The notes beneath the pieces are model-generated. The model ran no database searches and had not been told where the DNA came from. It was given only the letters and a program-made list of their open reading frames with translations. A stretch of 64,000 bases of DNA from Verrucomicrobiia bacterium (lineage in GTDB: Bacteria; Verrucomicrobiota; Verrucomicrobiia; Limisphaerales; UBA11358): positions 274-64,273 of the forward strand of contig DASXFM010000185.1 in NCBI GenBank assembly GCA_036489615.1, given 5' to 3'. The translations under genes and the position numbers were made by a program. Below are positions 22,820 to 32,406 of the stretch, piece after piece (position 1 is the first letter of the stretch; every line of letters starts with the position of its first letter).

Positions 22820-25051
22820 ATGAAAACAACCAACTACGACCAAGAAAGCGAACCGCAGGCGATGACGCCGGGTGATATTTACTTCATTCTTTTCCGCCAC
22901 AAATGGAAAATACTTTTGCTTTCACTGGCAGGCATCGCGGCGGCCGCGGCGTATTGGTGGTATTATCCGCCACCGTTCCAATCTGAGTCCAAGCTGTTCA
23001 TCCGTTATGTGCTCGATAACCGTTCCGTCAATACAGATTCAAAGAATGCACAGATGAGTTCGCCCGATAATATGGGGCAGAGCATCATTAATTCGGAGAT
23101 GGAAATTTTGACGAGCTATGACCTCGCCCAACAGGCCGCCAAAGATATCGGGCCGGAAAAAATCCTGGCCAAGTACGGCGGTGGAAACGATCCCACGAAG
23201 GCGGCAGAAATCATCAAAAAGAACCTGGTCGTGGAATCGCCTAAACAGGACAGTGTCATTCATGTAGCCTACATGAGCGCGGACCCGACGATGGTCCAGC
23301 CGGTGCTTTCTGAAGTCATCAGTGATTACCTGGACAAGCATGTGCAGGTGCATGAATCAAGCATGTCCGATGACTATCTGTCGCAGGAGACCTCCCAGTT
23401 ACGCTCACAGATCGACGAAACAGAAACTGAATTACGCGCCGCTAAAAATTCAGCAGGAATAATTTCGGTGCCGGATGCGGAAAAATCCTACACCGATCAA
23501 ATCGCGTGGATTCGCAATCAATTATTCCAGGCCCAAGCGGACCTGGCCGCACAGCAAGGCGCAAAGAAGGCTGAGCCGCAGCCACAGAGCAGCACGCCGG
23601 CAGCGCCCATAGTGTTGAATGTGCCAGCTCAACGGGAGGATGAATATCAACGGGTTTGTTCCCGGCTTGAGTTTCTCCAAAACCGCATAACAAAATATTA
23701 TACGCAGGATGGTTACACGGACGAGAACCGGCTGGTCCAGGAGACTCAACTAGAAATCTCCCAAACCCAGATGCTTAAGAAGAGCCTGGAAACGAGCTAT
23801 CCGGACCTGGTTGGCACTTATGTCTCATCGTCCAGCCCTGAACAGGTCGCGAGCGGCAGCGGCGGCACGGGAGGCTATACTGAAAATCTGCAGCCGATGT
23901 CGCTGCAATCCAAGATTCCCGTTTTAAAGCAAGAGCTGGCGGAATTGCAAGGGGAAGCGGCTAAAGTGGATGATGCAGAATCGAAAATTACCGACTTACA
24001 GCGCAAAAAGCAAATGCTGGAGGACAATTATCAGAATTTTGCGGCGACCCTGGAGCAATCGCGCATCGATGAAACGCTGGGGCCGGGCCGCGTCTCGAAC
24101 ATCAGTACGGTCGAGGCGCCCACCCCGCCCTTCAAAGATATGAGCAAGCAGATCAAGGCGATGCTGCTTATGATCGGTGGTGGAATCGCGGCCGGGTTGG
24201 CCTGGGCGTTCCTGATTGAATTCTATTTAGATACTTCGGTGCGCCGCACTAAAGAAATCGAATCCCACTTGAAATTGCCATTGCTCATATCGATTCCCGA
24301 TATCAGCCGCAATGGCTATAAGCGCCTAGTGCAGGCTGCGGAACGGCGACAACTGCAATTCCAGAACGGAGATGGCGAAGTCGAAGGCAGCTCGGGAATC
24401 TTATCCTGGGAAACGAGCAGTTGTCTGAATCCGTTCTATGACGCCTTGCGCGACCGCCTGGTAAAGTATTTTGAAAACACGGATGGAACGCTTCAGCCAA
24501 AACTCGTGAGCGTCACAGGCACAGAAAAAGGCTGTGGCGTCAGTGCCATCGCTGCCGGCGTGGCTACTTCCCTGGCAGAAACCGGTGAACGTGTATTGCT
24601 GGTGGACATGAAGCTGGAACACGGGGTGGCGCAACAATTCTTTTTGGGAAGGCAATGTTGCGGTTTGGACGAAGCATTAGCATTGGAAACACGGGATGCG
24701 GCGCTCGTCCAACAAAACCTATATGTCGTTAGCGCGGGCTCACCGGACGAACGGTTCCAACGCATTTTGCCGAGGCTGTTCGTATCATTGTTGCCGAGGA
24801 TCAAGGCGAGCGATTACAGCTACATTATTTTTGATATGCCGCCGGTCAGCCAGACGAGCATTACTTCAAGGCTCGCCGGGTTCATGGACATGGTCCTGCT
24901 GGTCATCCAATCGGAAAAAACCAATCGTGATACGGCCCAGCAGGCGGTCGAATTGCTGACTTCATCGAAAGCAAAGATTGGCATCGTGCTCAATAAGATG
25001 CGCAAGTACATCCCCGAACGATTGCATCGGGAAACATTGATCGATTTTTAA
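22820..25051 (+). CDS. Polysaccharide co-polymerase (Wzz/GumC-like) fused to a degenerate BY-kinase-like P-loop domain
   Basis: N-terminal TM plus a Wzz-like region, a long coiled coil, and a second TM (LLMIGGGIAAGLAWAFLIEF). The C-terminal region reads VSVTGTEKGCGVSAIA..VLLVDMKLEHG..YIIFDMPPV. Confidence 0.9.
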   Translation: MKTTNYDQESEPQAMTPGDIYFILFRHKWKILLLSLAGIAAAAAYWWYYPPPFQSESKLFIRYVLDNRSVNTDSKNAQMSSPDNMGQSIINSEMEILTSYDLAQQAAKDIGPEKILAKYGGGNDPTKAAEIIKKNLVVESPKQDSVIHVAYMSADPTMVQPVLSEVISDYLDKHVQVHESSMSDDYLSQETSQLRSQIDETETELRAAKNSAGIISVPDAEKSYTDQIAWIRNQLFQAQADLAAQQGAKKAEPQPQSSTPAAPIVLNVPAQREDEYQRVCSRLEFLQNRITKYYTQDGYTDENRLVQETQLEISQTQMLKKSLETSYPDLVGTYVSSSSPEQVASGSGGTGGYTENLQPMSLQSKIPVLKQELAELQGEAAKVDDAESKITDLQRKKQMLEDNYQNFAATLEQSRIDETLGPGRVSNISTVEAPTPPFKDMSKQIKAMLLMIGGGIAAGLAWAFLIEFYLDTSVRRTKEIESHLKLPLLISIPDISRNGYKRLVQAAERRQLQFQNGDGEVEGSSGILSWETSSCLNPFYDALRDRLVKYFENTDGTLQPKLVSVTGTEKGCGVSAIAAGVATSLAETGERVLLVDMKLEHGVAQQFFLGRQCCGLDEALALETRDAALVQQNLYVVSAGSPDERFQRILPRLFVSLLPRIKASDYSYIIFDMPPVSQTSITSRLAGFMDMVLLVIQSEKTNRDTAQQAVELLTSSKAKIGIVLNKMRKYIPERLHRETLIDF

Positions 25052-25127
25052 GGATTGCAGTCGTCAACCGGGCGGCGGCCCAGCTTTAACCTGTTGTTAA
25101 AGACACCGCCGCCCACACAAATTTCTC

Positions 25128-27344
25128 ATGACCGCTTCCGTGCTCAGCAACCGGATTTACTACCGGTTCAAACCTTATTTGCCATGGCGTTTACGGATGG
25201 GGATGCGCCGGATGGTGGCCCGCCGAAAACGGGAAGCGTTTAAAAATGTCTGGCCCATCAACGAAATGGCAGGCCATGCGCCGAATAATTGGCGCGGATG
25301 GCCGGATAACAAGCAGTTTGCGCTCGTCCTAACCCACGACGTGGAAGGTTCCAATGGGCTGGTCAAGTGCCGTCACCTGATGGAACTTGAGCTCCAGCAG
25401 GGTTTTCGTTCGTCGTTCAACTTCATACCTGAAGGTGACTACAGAGTCCCCGCTGAATTCCGGGCGGAACTTTTGCAAAACGGTTTTGAAGTGGGGGTTC
25501 ACGACTTGCGCCACGATGGGAAACTCTACTGGCGCAGAAACGATTTCACGAAGAGCGCACGAAGCATCAACGGCTATTTGCAGGATTGGAATGCCAGCGG
25601 ATTCCGTGCGGCTTTCATGCTTCACGATCGCGAACGCCTGCGTCACTTGAAAATCGAGTACGATGCTTCGACATTTGACACTGATCCTTTTGAGCCCCAG
25701 CCGGATGGGGTTAATACGATATTTCCATTTTGGATTTCGGACGGCAACGGAGGCGGTTATGTGGAATTACCTTACACGCTGCCGCAGGATTCGACTCTCT
25801 TCCTGGTGCTGGATGAAAAATCACCTGAAATATGGAAGACGAAGCTGGACTGGCTGGTGGCGCGCGGCGGCATGGCTCTGCTCAACGTTCATCCTGATTA
25901 TATCGGCTTTAATGGCAAGTTAAACGCCTCGGAATATCCGGCGGCATGGTACACAGATTTTCTACAGTACGTTAAAACTTATTATGCCGGGAAATTCTGG
26001 AATCCCCTGCCAAAGGAAATGGCGCGATGGTTTAAAGAAAACCACCGGACTAAAAAAACGGCAAATCATGCCGGACATCAGGACGCGTCAGATTGCCACG
26101 ATAAAAAATTGCCCCTGGACAAGACCAACGCGGCCGTCGTTTTATATTCGTATTATGCCTCCGACCCGCGCCCGCGCCGGGAGGCCGAGGCTCTAAAACA
26201 TGCTGGAGCGCAGGTAGATGTCATTTGCCTTCGAAAAAATGATTCTGAGCCGGCGCACGAGAACCTCAATGGAGTCAATATCTACCGCATCCCGCTTAAG
26301 CGCCGCCGGGCGGGAAAGATTGTATATATTCTTCAGTACGCCTGGTTTGTGGCCGCGTCTTTCTTTCTGCTGGCGGTCTGGAGTTTTAAAAAGCGCTATA
26401 AAATCGTCCACGTCCATAACATGCCGGACTTTTTAGTTTTTAGCGGGTGGTTTCCGCGATTACGCGGGGCGAAAATCATTTTGGATTTGCACGACCCGAT
26501 GCCGGAATTATGCCGCAGCATTTACGGCCTGCGGGAAAGCCATTTCATCATTCATTGGCTGGAGAAAATGGAAAAGAACAGCATCGCTTTTGCCGACCTC
26601 GTCATCACGCCCAATAAGGCATTCAAAGAATTGTTCGCCTCCCGGAGCTGCGCCCCGGAAAAAATTCAAACCGTGATGAATTCACCCGAGGCAGGAATTT
26701 TTAGCCCACACAACGAATCTGTGGTTGTGGCTCTTAATGATTCGACCCAGCCGACAAGCGAACTTCTGAATAAAAAAGACTTCACGCTCATGTATCACGG
26801 CCTGATCGTGGAGCGCCATGGGCTGGATCTAGCGGTACAGGCAATCGCCAAATTGAAGCAAAAAATTCCGGGAATTAAATTGCACTTATATGGCGAATCA
26901 ACGGAATACCTGCAAACAATTTTGGAATTGGCGGAAACGCTAGAGGTAAAAGATTGCATCCGTTTTCATGGTTTTAAAACTCTGGATGAAATCGCGCACG
27001 ATATCTCAAAAGCTGACCTGGGACTAATTCCGAACCGTTTGAGCGTATTTACCCAAATCAATTTTCCGACGCGGATTTTTGAATACCTGGCCATGAACAA
27101 GCCCGTCATCGTACCCTCCACCCGCGGCATCCGTGATTATTTTAAGGACGACGAAATTCTCTATTTTGAGCCAAACAACGCTGACGACCTCGCCGCGAAG
27201 ATCGAGTGGGCATACCAAAACCCGGCCAACTTGCAGCACTTGGTGGAAAATGGCCGCCAAGTCTATGAAAAGAACCGGTGGGAGTTGGAACAGGAGAAAT
27301 TTCTGGGGATAGTGGGCGACATGGTAAACCTGCGCGCAGCTTAA
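25128..27344 (+). CDS. Fusion protein: N-terminal polysaccharide-deacetylase-like domain + C-terminal GT4 glycosyltransferase
   Basis: N-terminal FALVLTHDVEGSNG..FNFIPEG..VGVHDLRHDG. C-terminal VHVHNMPDFL..LDLHDPMPE..MYHGLIVERHGLD..FPTRIFEYLAMNKPVIV. Confidence 0.85.
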   Translation: MTASVLSNRIYYRFKPYLPWRLRMGMRRMVARRKREAFKNVWPINEMAGHAPNNWRGWPDNKQFALVLTHDVEGSNGLVKCRHLMELELQQGFRSSFNFIPEGDYRVPAEFRAELLQNGFEVGVHDLRHDGKLYWRRNDFTKSARSINGYLQDWNASGFRAAFMLHDRERLRHLKIEYDASTFDTDPFEPQPDGVNTIFPFWISDGNGGGYVELPYTLPQDSTLFLVLDEKSPEIWKTKLDWLVARGGMALLNVHPDYIGFNGKLNASEYPAAWYTDFLQYVKTYYAGKFWNPLPKEMARWFKENHRTKKTANHAGHQDASDCHDKKLPLDKTNAAVVLYSYYASDPRPRREAEALKHAGAQVDVICLRKNDSEPAHENLNGVNIYRIPLKRRRAGKIVYILQYAWFVAASFFLLAVWSFKKRYKIVHVHNMPDFLVFSGWFPRLRGAKIILDLHDPMPELCRSIYGLRESHFIIHWLEKMEKNSIAFADLVITPNKAFKELFASRSCAPEKIQTVMNSPEAGIFSPHNESVVVALNDSTQPTSELLNKKDFTLMYHGLIVERHGLDLAVQAIAKLKQKIPGIKLHLYGESTEYLQTILELAETLEVKDCIRFHGFKTLDEIAHDISKADLGLIPNRLSVFTQINFPTRIFEYLAMNKPVIVPSTRGIRDYFKDDEILYFEPNNADDLAAKIEWAYQNPANLQHLVENGRQVYEKNRWELEQEKFLGIVGDMVNLRAA

Positions 27345-27378
27345 AATCCTACGCTCAATCTAAATTTAAAGGATTCCT

Positions 27379-28779
27379 ATGCCTCCAATGCTGGCATTAT
27401 TTTTGACGGTTGCATTCATCTTTTTCCTTTTCGCGAGGGATTTTCGGGAAAGGCCGAATGTTACGGCGGCGCTGTGGCTTCCGTTTCTTTGGATCGTGGT
27501 GAGTCCCGGCTCCCGGTTTTTGTCGCAATGGCTGACTATTTTTGGGCTACCGGTCGGCGGGGTGACGGTTGAAGATGGAAGCCCCATTGATGCGGCCTTT
27601 TTTCTAGCGGTAATTGCTTCCGGTGTGCTGGTGCTTCACCAGAGACGGGTTACCCTCGCCAAATTTATCGGCAACAATTATTGCCTGACACTGTTCCTGG
27701 CTTATTGCCTACTCGCGATCCTTTGGTCTGATTTTCCGTATGTATCGTTCAAACGCTGGATAAAATTACTGGGAGATCCGGCGATGGCACTGATCGTCCT
27801 TACAGAACCAGATGTGATCGAGGCGGTCACGCGATTGATGAAGCGATGCGCTTTCGTGATGTTTCCGGTTTCAATCCTGTTCATCAAGTATTTCCCCAAT
27901 CTTGGACGTTTATACGATGTTTGGGAAGGGCACCCGATGTATACTGGCATCGCCACAAACAAAAACGAGCTGGGTTTCGATTGCTGGATCCTGGGGGCGG
28001 TCTTGTTCTGGCATGCGTTGCAAGTGCTGCAATGGGACGCGGGAAGAAAGAAAAGGGACGAAATTCTCCTGTGCGCCGGCCTCCTTTGCATGGATTTATG
28101 GCTGCTCAAAATGGCTCACAGCGCGTCATCGTTCGTCGCATTGATGCTCGCGTCGGGAGTTATGCTGTTCCTAGGTTTGCGATGGGTCCAAAAACGGCAT
28201 GTTACGGGCTATTTGTTGGGTGGAATCGCGATTTGCGCATTAGCTGGCCTTGGACTCGGATTTTTGGGGAGCTTTATTCACTTGCTGGGAAGGGATGAAA
28301 CATTCACCGGAAGAACAGACATATGGCACATCCTTTGGAATTGGAAGGTCAATCCCATCGTGGGAACCGGCTTTGAAAGTTTTTGGCTGGGCGACCGCCG
28401 GGAAGCCGTCCAAAACCTTTATCCGGGACTCAACCAGGCACATAACGGGTACCTGGAAACCTATTTAAATCTGGGCGGCATCGGAGTCGCATTGACGGTG
28501 GGCATATTGCTGGCGACTTATGGAAAGTCACGCCACGAACTGTTTCGCCATTTCGAATTCGGCCGCCTGCGCATGGCTTATCTGATCGCCTTCATTGTCT
28601 ATAATTGGACCGAGGCTTCATTTCGGCAAAACGCTTTTCCGTTTTTTATGTTCTTTTTAGTGGCGATAGACATGCCGAAATCGAGAAAAGTAGTTCCAGA
28701 ACTCGTCAAGACCCCATCATACCAAGGCACTCATTGGATCATGGCCCAGGCCAAAGGCAATAATGGATTTGCCAGATAA
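27379..28779 (+). CDS. O-antigen ligase / Wzy-like polytopic membrane protein
   Basis: Multiple TM segments. LNQAHNGYLETYLNLGGIGV is the Wzy_C-type motif. Confidence 0.85.
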   Translation: MPPMLALFLTVAFIFFLFARDFRERPNVTAALWLPFLWIVVSPGSRFLSQWLTIFGLPVGGVTVEDGSPIDAAFFLAVIASGVLVLHQRRVTLAKFIGNNYCLTLFLAYCLLAILWSDFPYVSFKRWIKLLGDPAMALIVLTEPDVIEAVTRLMKRCAFVMFPVSILFIKYFPNLGRLYDVWEGHPMYTGIATNKNELGFDCWILGAVLFWHALQVLQWDAGRKKRDEILLCAGLLCMDLWLLKMAHSASSFVALMLASGVMLFLGLRWVQKRHVTGYLLGGIAICALAGLGLGFLGSFIHLLGRDETFTGRTDIWHILWNWKVNPIVGTGFESFWLGDRREAVQNLYPGLNQAHNGYLETYLNLGGIGVALTVGILLATYGKSRHELFRHFEFGRLRMAYLIAFIVYNWTEASFRQNAFPFFMFFLVAIDMPKSRKVVPELVKTPSYQGTHWIMAQAKGNNGFAR

Positions 28780-28789
28780 GGAGGTCATC

Positions 28790-30526
28790 ATGAAAGACGG
28801 TATTTTCAAATCGCACAACGTGGCTTCGCTTTTATTGGCGGCAGCTCTTTTGCTTTTAGGGAGCCAAATTGGCCGGGCAAAGACTATCACTGCTGCGAGC
28901 TGCAATTTCGCCGACGTCAACAATGCCGTGACCCAGGCGTCGGTGGGCGACATCGTACAATTGCCTGCGGGAACCAGCAGTTGGAACCAGACGCTTACGC
29001 TAAATGGGGTCTCTTTACAAGGAGCAGGGACGAATGTGACAAAGATTATAGATGAAGAACCACGTTCGGGCGGGGCACAGTTAATTATGGCCTACCCTTC
29101 TTCCGGCTCACTGACGGAGATTTCCCAAATCCAGTTTTGCGGCGGGGTCACCAATACAGGTATGAGTTATAATGGTTCAGTATCTGTTTACGGTGTTCCG
29201 GGCAGCTCATGGCGGGTGGATCACAATATATTTAATGCTCTCTACTCAAAAGGCATCGCTGCTTACGGAAACGCTTTCGCGGTCATTGACGACAACACTT
29301 TTTACGAACGCGCCATCTCCATCGCCGATAACAGCGCTTTTCCAAACGACGGCCAGGGTGACATCTCTTATTCCCAGCCGCCCACGTATGGCCTGAGCAG
29401 TTCGAACGTCCTGTATATCGAAAATAACTTCATGACTAACATCGTGGGATACGTGGCCAGTGTAGGAGCGTGTGATGGCTGTGGCGGTGCGCGGATGGTG
29501 TTTCGTAATAATACGGTTTGGGATGATTGTTTTAACAATCACGGCACCGAAACGGGAGGACGTGTTCGCGGTGAGCGCAGTTTCGAAATTTACGGCAATA
29601 TGTTTAATTTTTCCCCGAATGACTCTGGCGCTTATCCGTGTTTCGCGGCGATGCTCATTCGCAGTGGCGGGGGCGTGATTTTCAGCAATACCTGCACCGG
29701 CTATAGCTCTCTTGTAGCGTTGAGAAATTTTCGTTCGACGGACTCTTTCTGTGGCGAGTGGGATCCGTTCTGCGGCGCAAATGGAACCTCTCCCTACGAT
29801 TCAAACAGCCCTAGTTTATATTTAAGCGGGGTAAGCTCCGGCCCCAGCGGGTCCACCTATCTGCAAGTGTCCGACGCCAATTGGACCCCAAACCAGTGGG
29901 TCGGATACACTTTGATGAACGTCAACAGCGGACTCTTCTCCGTCGTGCTTTCCAACACGGCAAACACAATGACTTATATTGGAAGCACCTCGCAAACGGC
30001 GAGCCTGATCGAACATTCGGTGATGACATTCAACCCGGGCGATCCGTTCCAGCTTCATATGGTCTATGCGGCCTTGGATCAACCGGGCCGTGGTTCCGGC
30101 AATTTGTTGCAGGACCAAGGGCTTGAAACCAGTGGGACTCTCTACAATCAACTTCTTAGCGGGTTTGCAAGCTTTCTCGCTATAAGCCAGACGGGCAATG
30201 GAATCCTGGTGACAATCAATACGGCGACGGGAGTTCCTTCCTGGCCGAATGAGGCGCTTGATCCCATCTATAGCTGGGAAAATACGATCAATGGTTCATT
30301 GGCTGAAATAAGCAGCCCTTATCCGGGCATTCAGCAAGGCCGCGATTTTTATGATGACACGCCCAAGCCCGGTTACACGCCGTATATCTATCCGCATCCA
30401 CTTGATCTGAGCACTAACAGTAGCAGCGGCGGAAATAATGGTGGTGGCGGGAATGGCAATACTAATACGAATACGGGTGGTTTACAGCCGCCATCCAATC
30501 TTCAATTTAAGGGGAGCACCAACTAG
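28790..30526 (+). CDS. Secreted right-handed beta-helix-like protein (possible polysaccharide lyase, hydrolase or epimerase)
   Basis: TAAGGAGGTCATC-ATG, then a signal peptide. Recurring N-N-x-F/V turns (DHNIFN, IDDNTFY, IENNFM, FRNNTVW, IYGNMFN). G/N-rich C-terminal tail. Confidence 0.75.
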   Translation: MKDGIFKSHNVASLLLAAALLLLGSQIGRAKTITAASCNFADVNNAVTQASVGDIVQLPAGTSSWNQTLTLNGVSLQGAGTNVTKIIDEEPRSGGAQLIMAYPSSGSLTEISQIQFCGGVTNTGMSYNGSVSVYGVPGSSWRVDHNIFNALYSKGIAAYGNAFAVIDDNTFYERAISIADNSAFPNDGQGDISYSQPPTYGLSSSNVLYIENNFMTNIVGYVASVGACDGCGGARMVFRNNTVWDDCFNNHGTETGGRVRGERSFEIYGNMFNFSPNDSGAYPCFAAMLIRSGGGVIFSNTCTGYSSLVALRNFRSTDSFCGEWDPFCGANGTSPYDSNSPSLYLSGVSSGPSGSTYLQVSDANWTPNQWVGYTLMNVNSGLFSVVLSNTANTMTYIGSTSQTASLIEHSVMTFNPGDPFQLHMVYAALDQPGRGSGNLLQDQGLETSGTLYNQLLSGFASFLAISQTGNGILVTINTATGVPSWPNEALDPIYSWENTINGSLAEISSPYPGIQQGRDFYDDTPKPGYTPYIYPHPLDLSTNSSSGGNNGGGGNGNTNTNTGGLQPPSNLQFKGSTN

Positions 30527-31452
30527 TGAAATACGTCCTGATCACGGCTGCCAGAAACGAGGAGGCTTTCATCAGCAAAACCCTCGATTCGGTTACGACG
30601 CAGACGCAGTTGCCGGAGCACTGGGTCATCATTGATGATGGTTCGACGGACCGAACAGCAGAAATTGTGGAAGAATATGCCACGCGTTTCCCGTGGATTT
30701 CGCTCATCCGCCGTATCAACCGGCCCAACCGAAATTTTGGCGGCAAAGCCGAAGCCGTCAACGCGGGTTTTAAATTTTTGGAAGCCGCACAATTTGACAT
30801 TGTCGGAAACCTGGATGCCGACATTTCTTTTGGGCCTGATCATTTTGAATTCCTTTTAGCCAAATTTGCTGAGGATGCGCTGTTGGGCGTAGCGGGGACG
30901 GCCTATACGGAAAAAAACTGGGATTCCACGAGGGATAGTTTTGAAGGCGAAACGTCGGTTCACGGGGCATGCCAGTTGTTTCGACTGGAATGTTTTCGAG
31001 AGGTTGGCGGCTACATGGCGAGTTCAGGAGGAGGCGTGGATTGGATCGCGGTGACAACGGCGCGCATGCTCGGATGGAAGACGCGGAATTTTGCGGAACG
31101 ACGTTTTCATCATCACCGGAGCATGGGAACGGCGGAACGCAGCCGGCTTGGCGCGATGTTTGACTATGGCAAAAAGGATTATTTTCTGGGTGGCTCTCCT
31201 ATCTGGGAGCTGTTCCGACTGGCCTATCGACTGGGGAAAAAGCCTTATATCTTTGGCGGCCTTGCCCTGCTTTCAGGTTTTATCTGGGCTGCCACAAAAG
31301 GAATGGAACGCCCGGTATCGAAGGAGTTGGTGCGTTTTCACCGGTATGAGCAAATGCAAAAACTGAAGGCGATCTTTAAGTCCATCGCCAAGTTCCACCG
31401 GATCGAAAAATTTCATGTGCCCATCACCATGGGAAAGACGCTGCAGGATTAA
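30526..31452 (+). CDS. GT2 glycosyltransferase with C-terminal membrane segment
   Basis: VLITAARNEEAFISKTLDSV..WVIIDDGSTDRT. GTG start overlaps the preceding stop. Confidence 0.9.
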   Translation: MKYVLITAARNEEAFISKTLDSVTTQTQLPEHWVIIDDGSTDRTAEIVEEYATRFPWISLIRRINRPNRNFGGKAEAVNAGFKFLEAAQFDIVGNLDADISFGPDHFEFLLAKFAEDALLGVAGTAYTEKNWDSTRDSFEGETSVHGACQLFRLECFREVGGYMASSGGGVDWIAVTTARMLGWKTRNFAERRFHHHRSMGTAERSRLGAMFDYGKKDYFLGGSPIWELFRLAYRLGKKPYIFGGLALLSGFIWAATKGMERPVSKELVRFHRYEQMQKLKAIFKSIAKFHRIEKFHVPITMGKTLQD

Positions 31453-31497
31453 GTACAGCCAGCCATTCAAACGAATCAAAAGACCAGTTTCCAAGTT

Positions 31498-32373
31498 ATG
31501 AAATCTCAACTCGCGGTCGTCCAGGATTTTTGGAATACAAATCCCTGCCAGTCCGACTTATCGCAGGCGATACAACGTCAGCAATATTTTGAGGAAATAT
31601 CCAAAAAACGGTACAGCGGCCGTGAATGGCACATACCGGTCACGGCGGCCTTCAACGCGTATCGGGATAAGGAAGTATTAGAAATCGGCTGCAGCATCGC
31701 GACGGATGGATTGGAATTCGCCAAGAGCGGCGCAAGCTACACCGGCGTGGATCTGACGCCACATTCCATCGAAATGGCCGAGGAACGTTTCCGGCTTTTC
31801 AATGTGCCGGGAAGCTTTGTGGTGTCCAACGCCGAGGAACTCCCCTTCCCTGCTGAAAGCTTCGATCATATCTATAGCTTTGGGGTGATTCACCACGCAC
31901 CCTATCCGGAGAAAATCGTCGCTGAAATGCACCGAATATTGCGCAAGGGCGGCACTTTCACGGTCATGTTATATAACCGAAGCTCCATCAACTATTATAT
32001 CGAGATCATGTTTCTAAGGAGGATTTTACGGCTGTGTCTGTTGCCGAAATTCATGCCGCGACTTATCGCTGCGCTCACCGGTTTTGACCGATGGAAATTG
32101 GAAGGGCATCGAGGCATTCTCATTCAGAAAGGGCGCATGACCAAACAGGAATGGATCAGCATGAACACGGACGGCCCCTTTTGTCCGCTGGCTCGAGTTT
32201 ATAATGACAGGGAAGCGGCTGAACTTTTTAAAGATTTTGCAGAGGTGCGCCAGGAAGTGTGGGAGTTCAATTCAGAACATTGGTCATTCCTGGGAAAGTT
32301 GCTCCCGCTCAAGCTTGAACGATGGCTTGGCCGCCACTGGGGCTGGCACCGGATGATTTACGGCACCAAATAG
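31498..32373 (+). CDS. Class I SAM-dependent methyltransferase
   Basis: VLEIGCSIATDG (motif I), FDHIYSFGVIHH, LRKGGTFTVMLY. Confidence 0.9.
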   Translation: MKSQLAVVQDFWNTNPCQSDLSQAIQRQQYFEEISKKRYSGREWHIPVTAAFNAYRDKEVLEIGCSIATDGLEFAKSGASYTGVDLTPHSIEMAEERFRLFNVPGSFVVSNAEELPFPAESFDHIYSFGVIHHAPYPEKIVAEMHRILRKGGTFTVMLYNRSSINYYIEIMFLRRILRLCLLPKFMPRLIAALTGFDRWKLEGHRGILIQKGRMTKQEWISMNTDGPFCPLARVYNDREAAELFKDFAEVRQEVWEFNSEHWSFLGKLLPLKLERWLGRHWGWHRMIYGTK

Positions 32374-32406
32374 AAACCTCCCTTGGCCATTTGGGCCAAT
32401 TCATTT

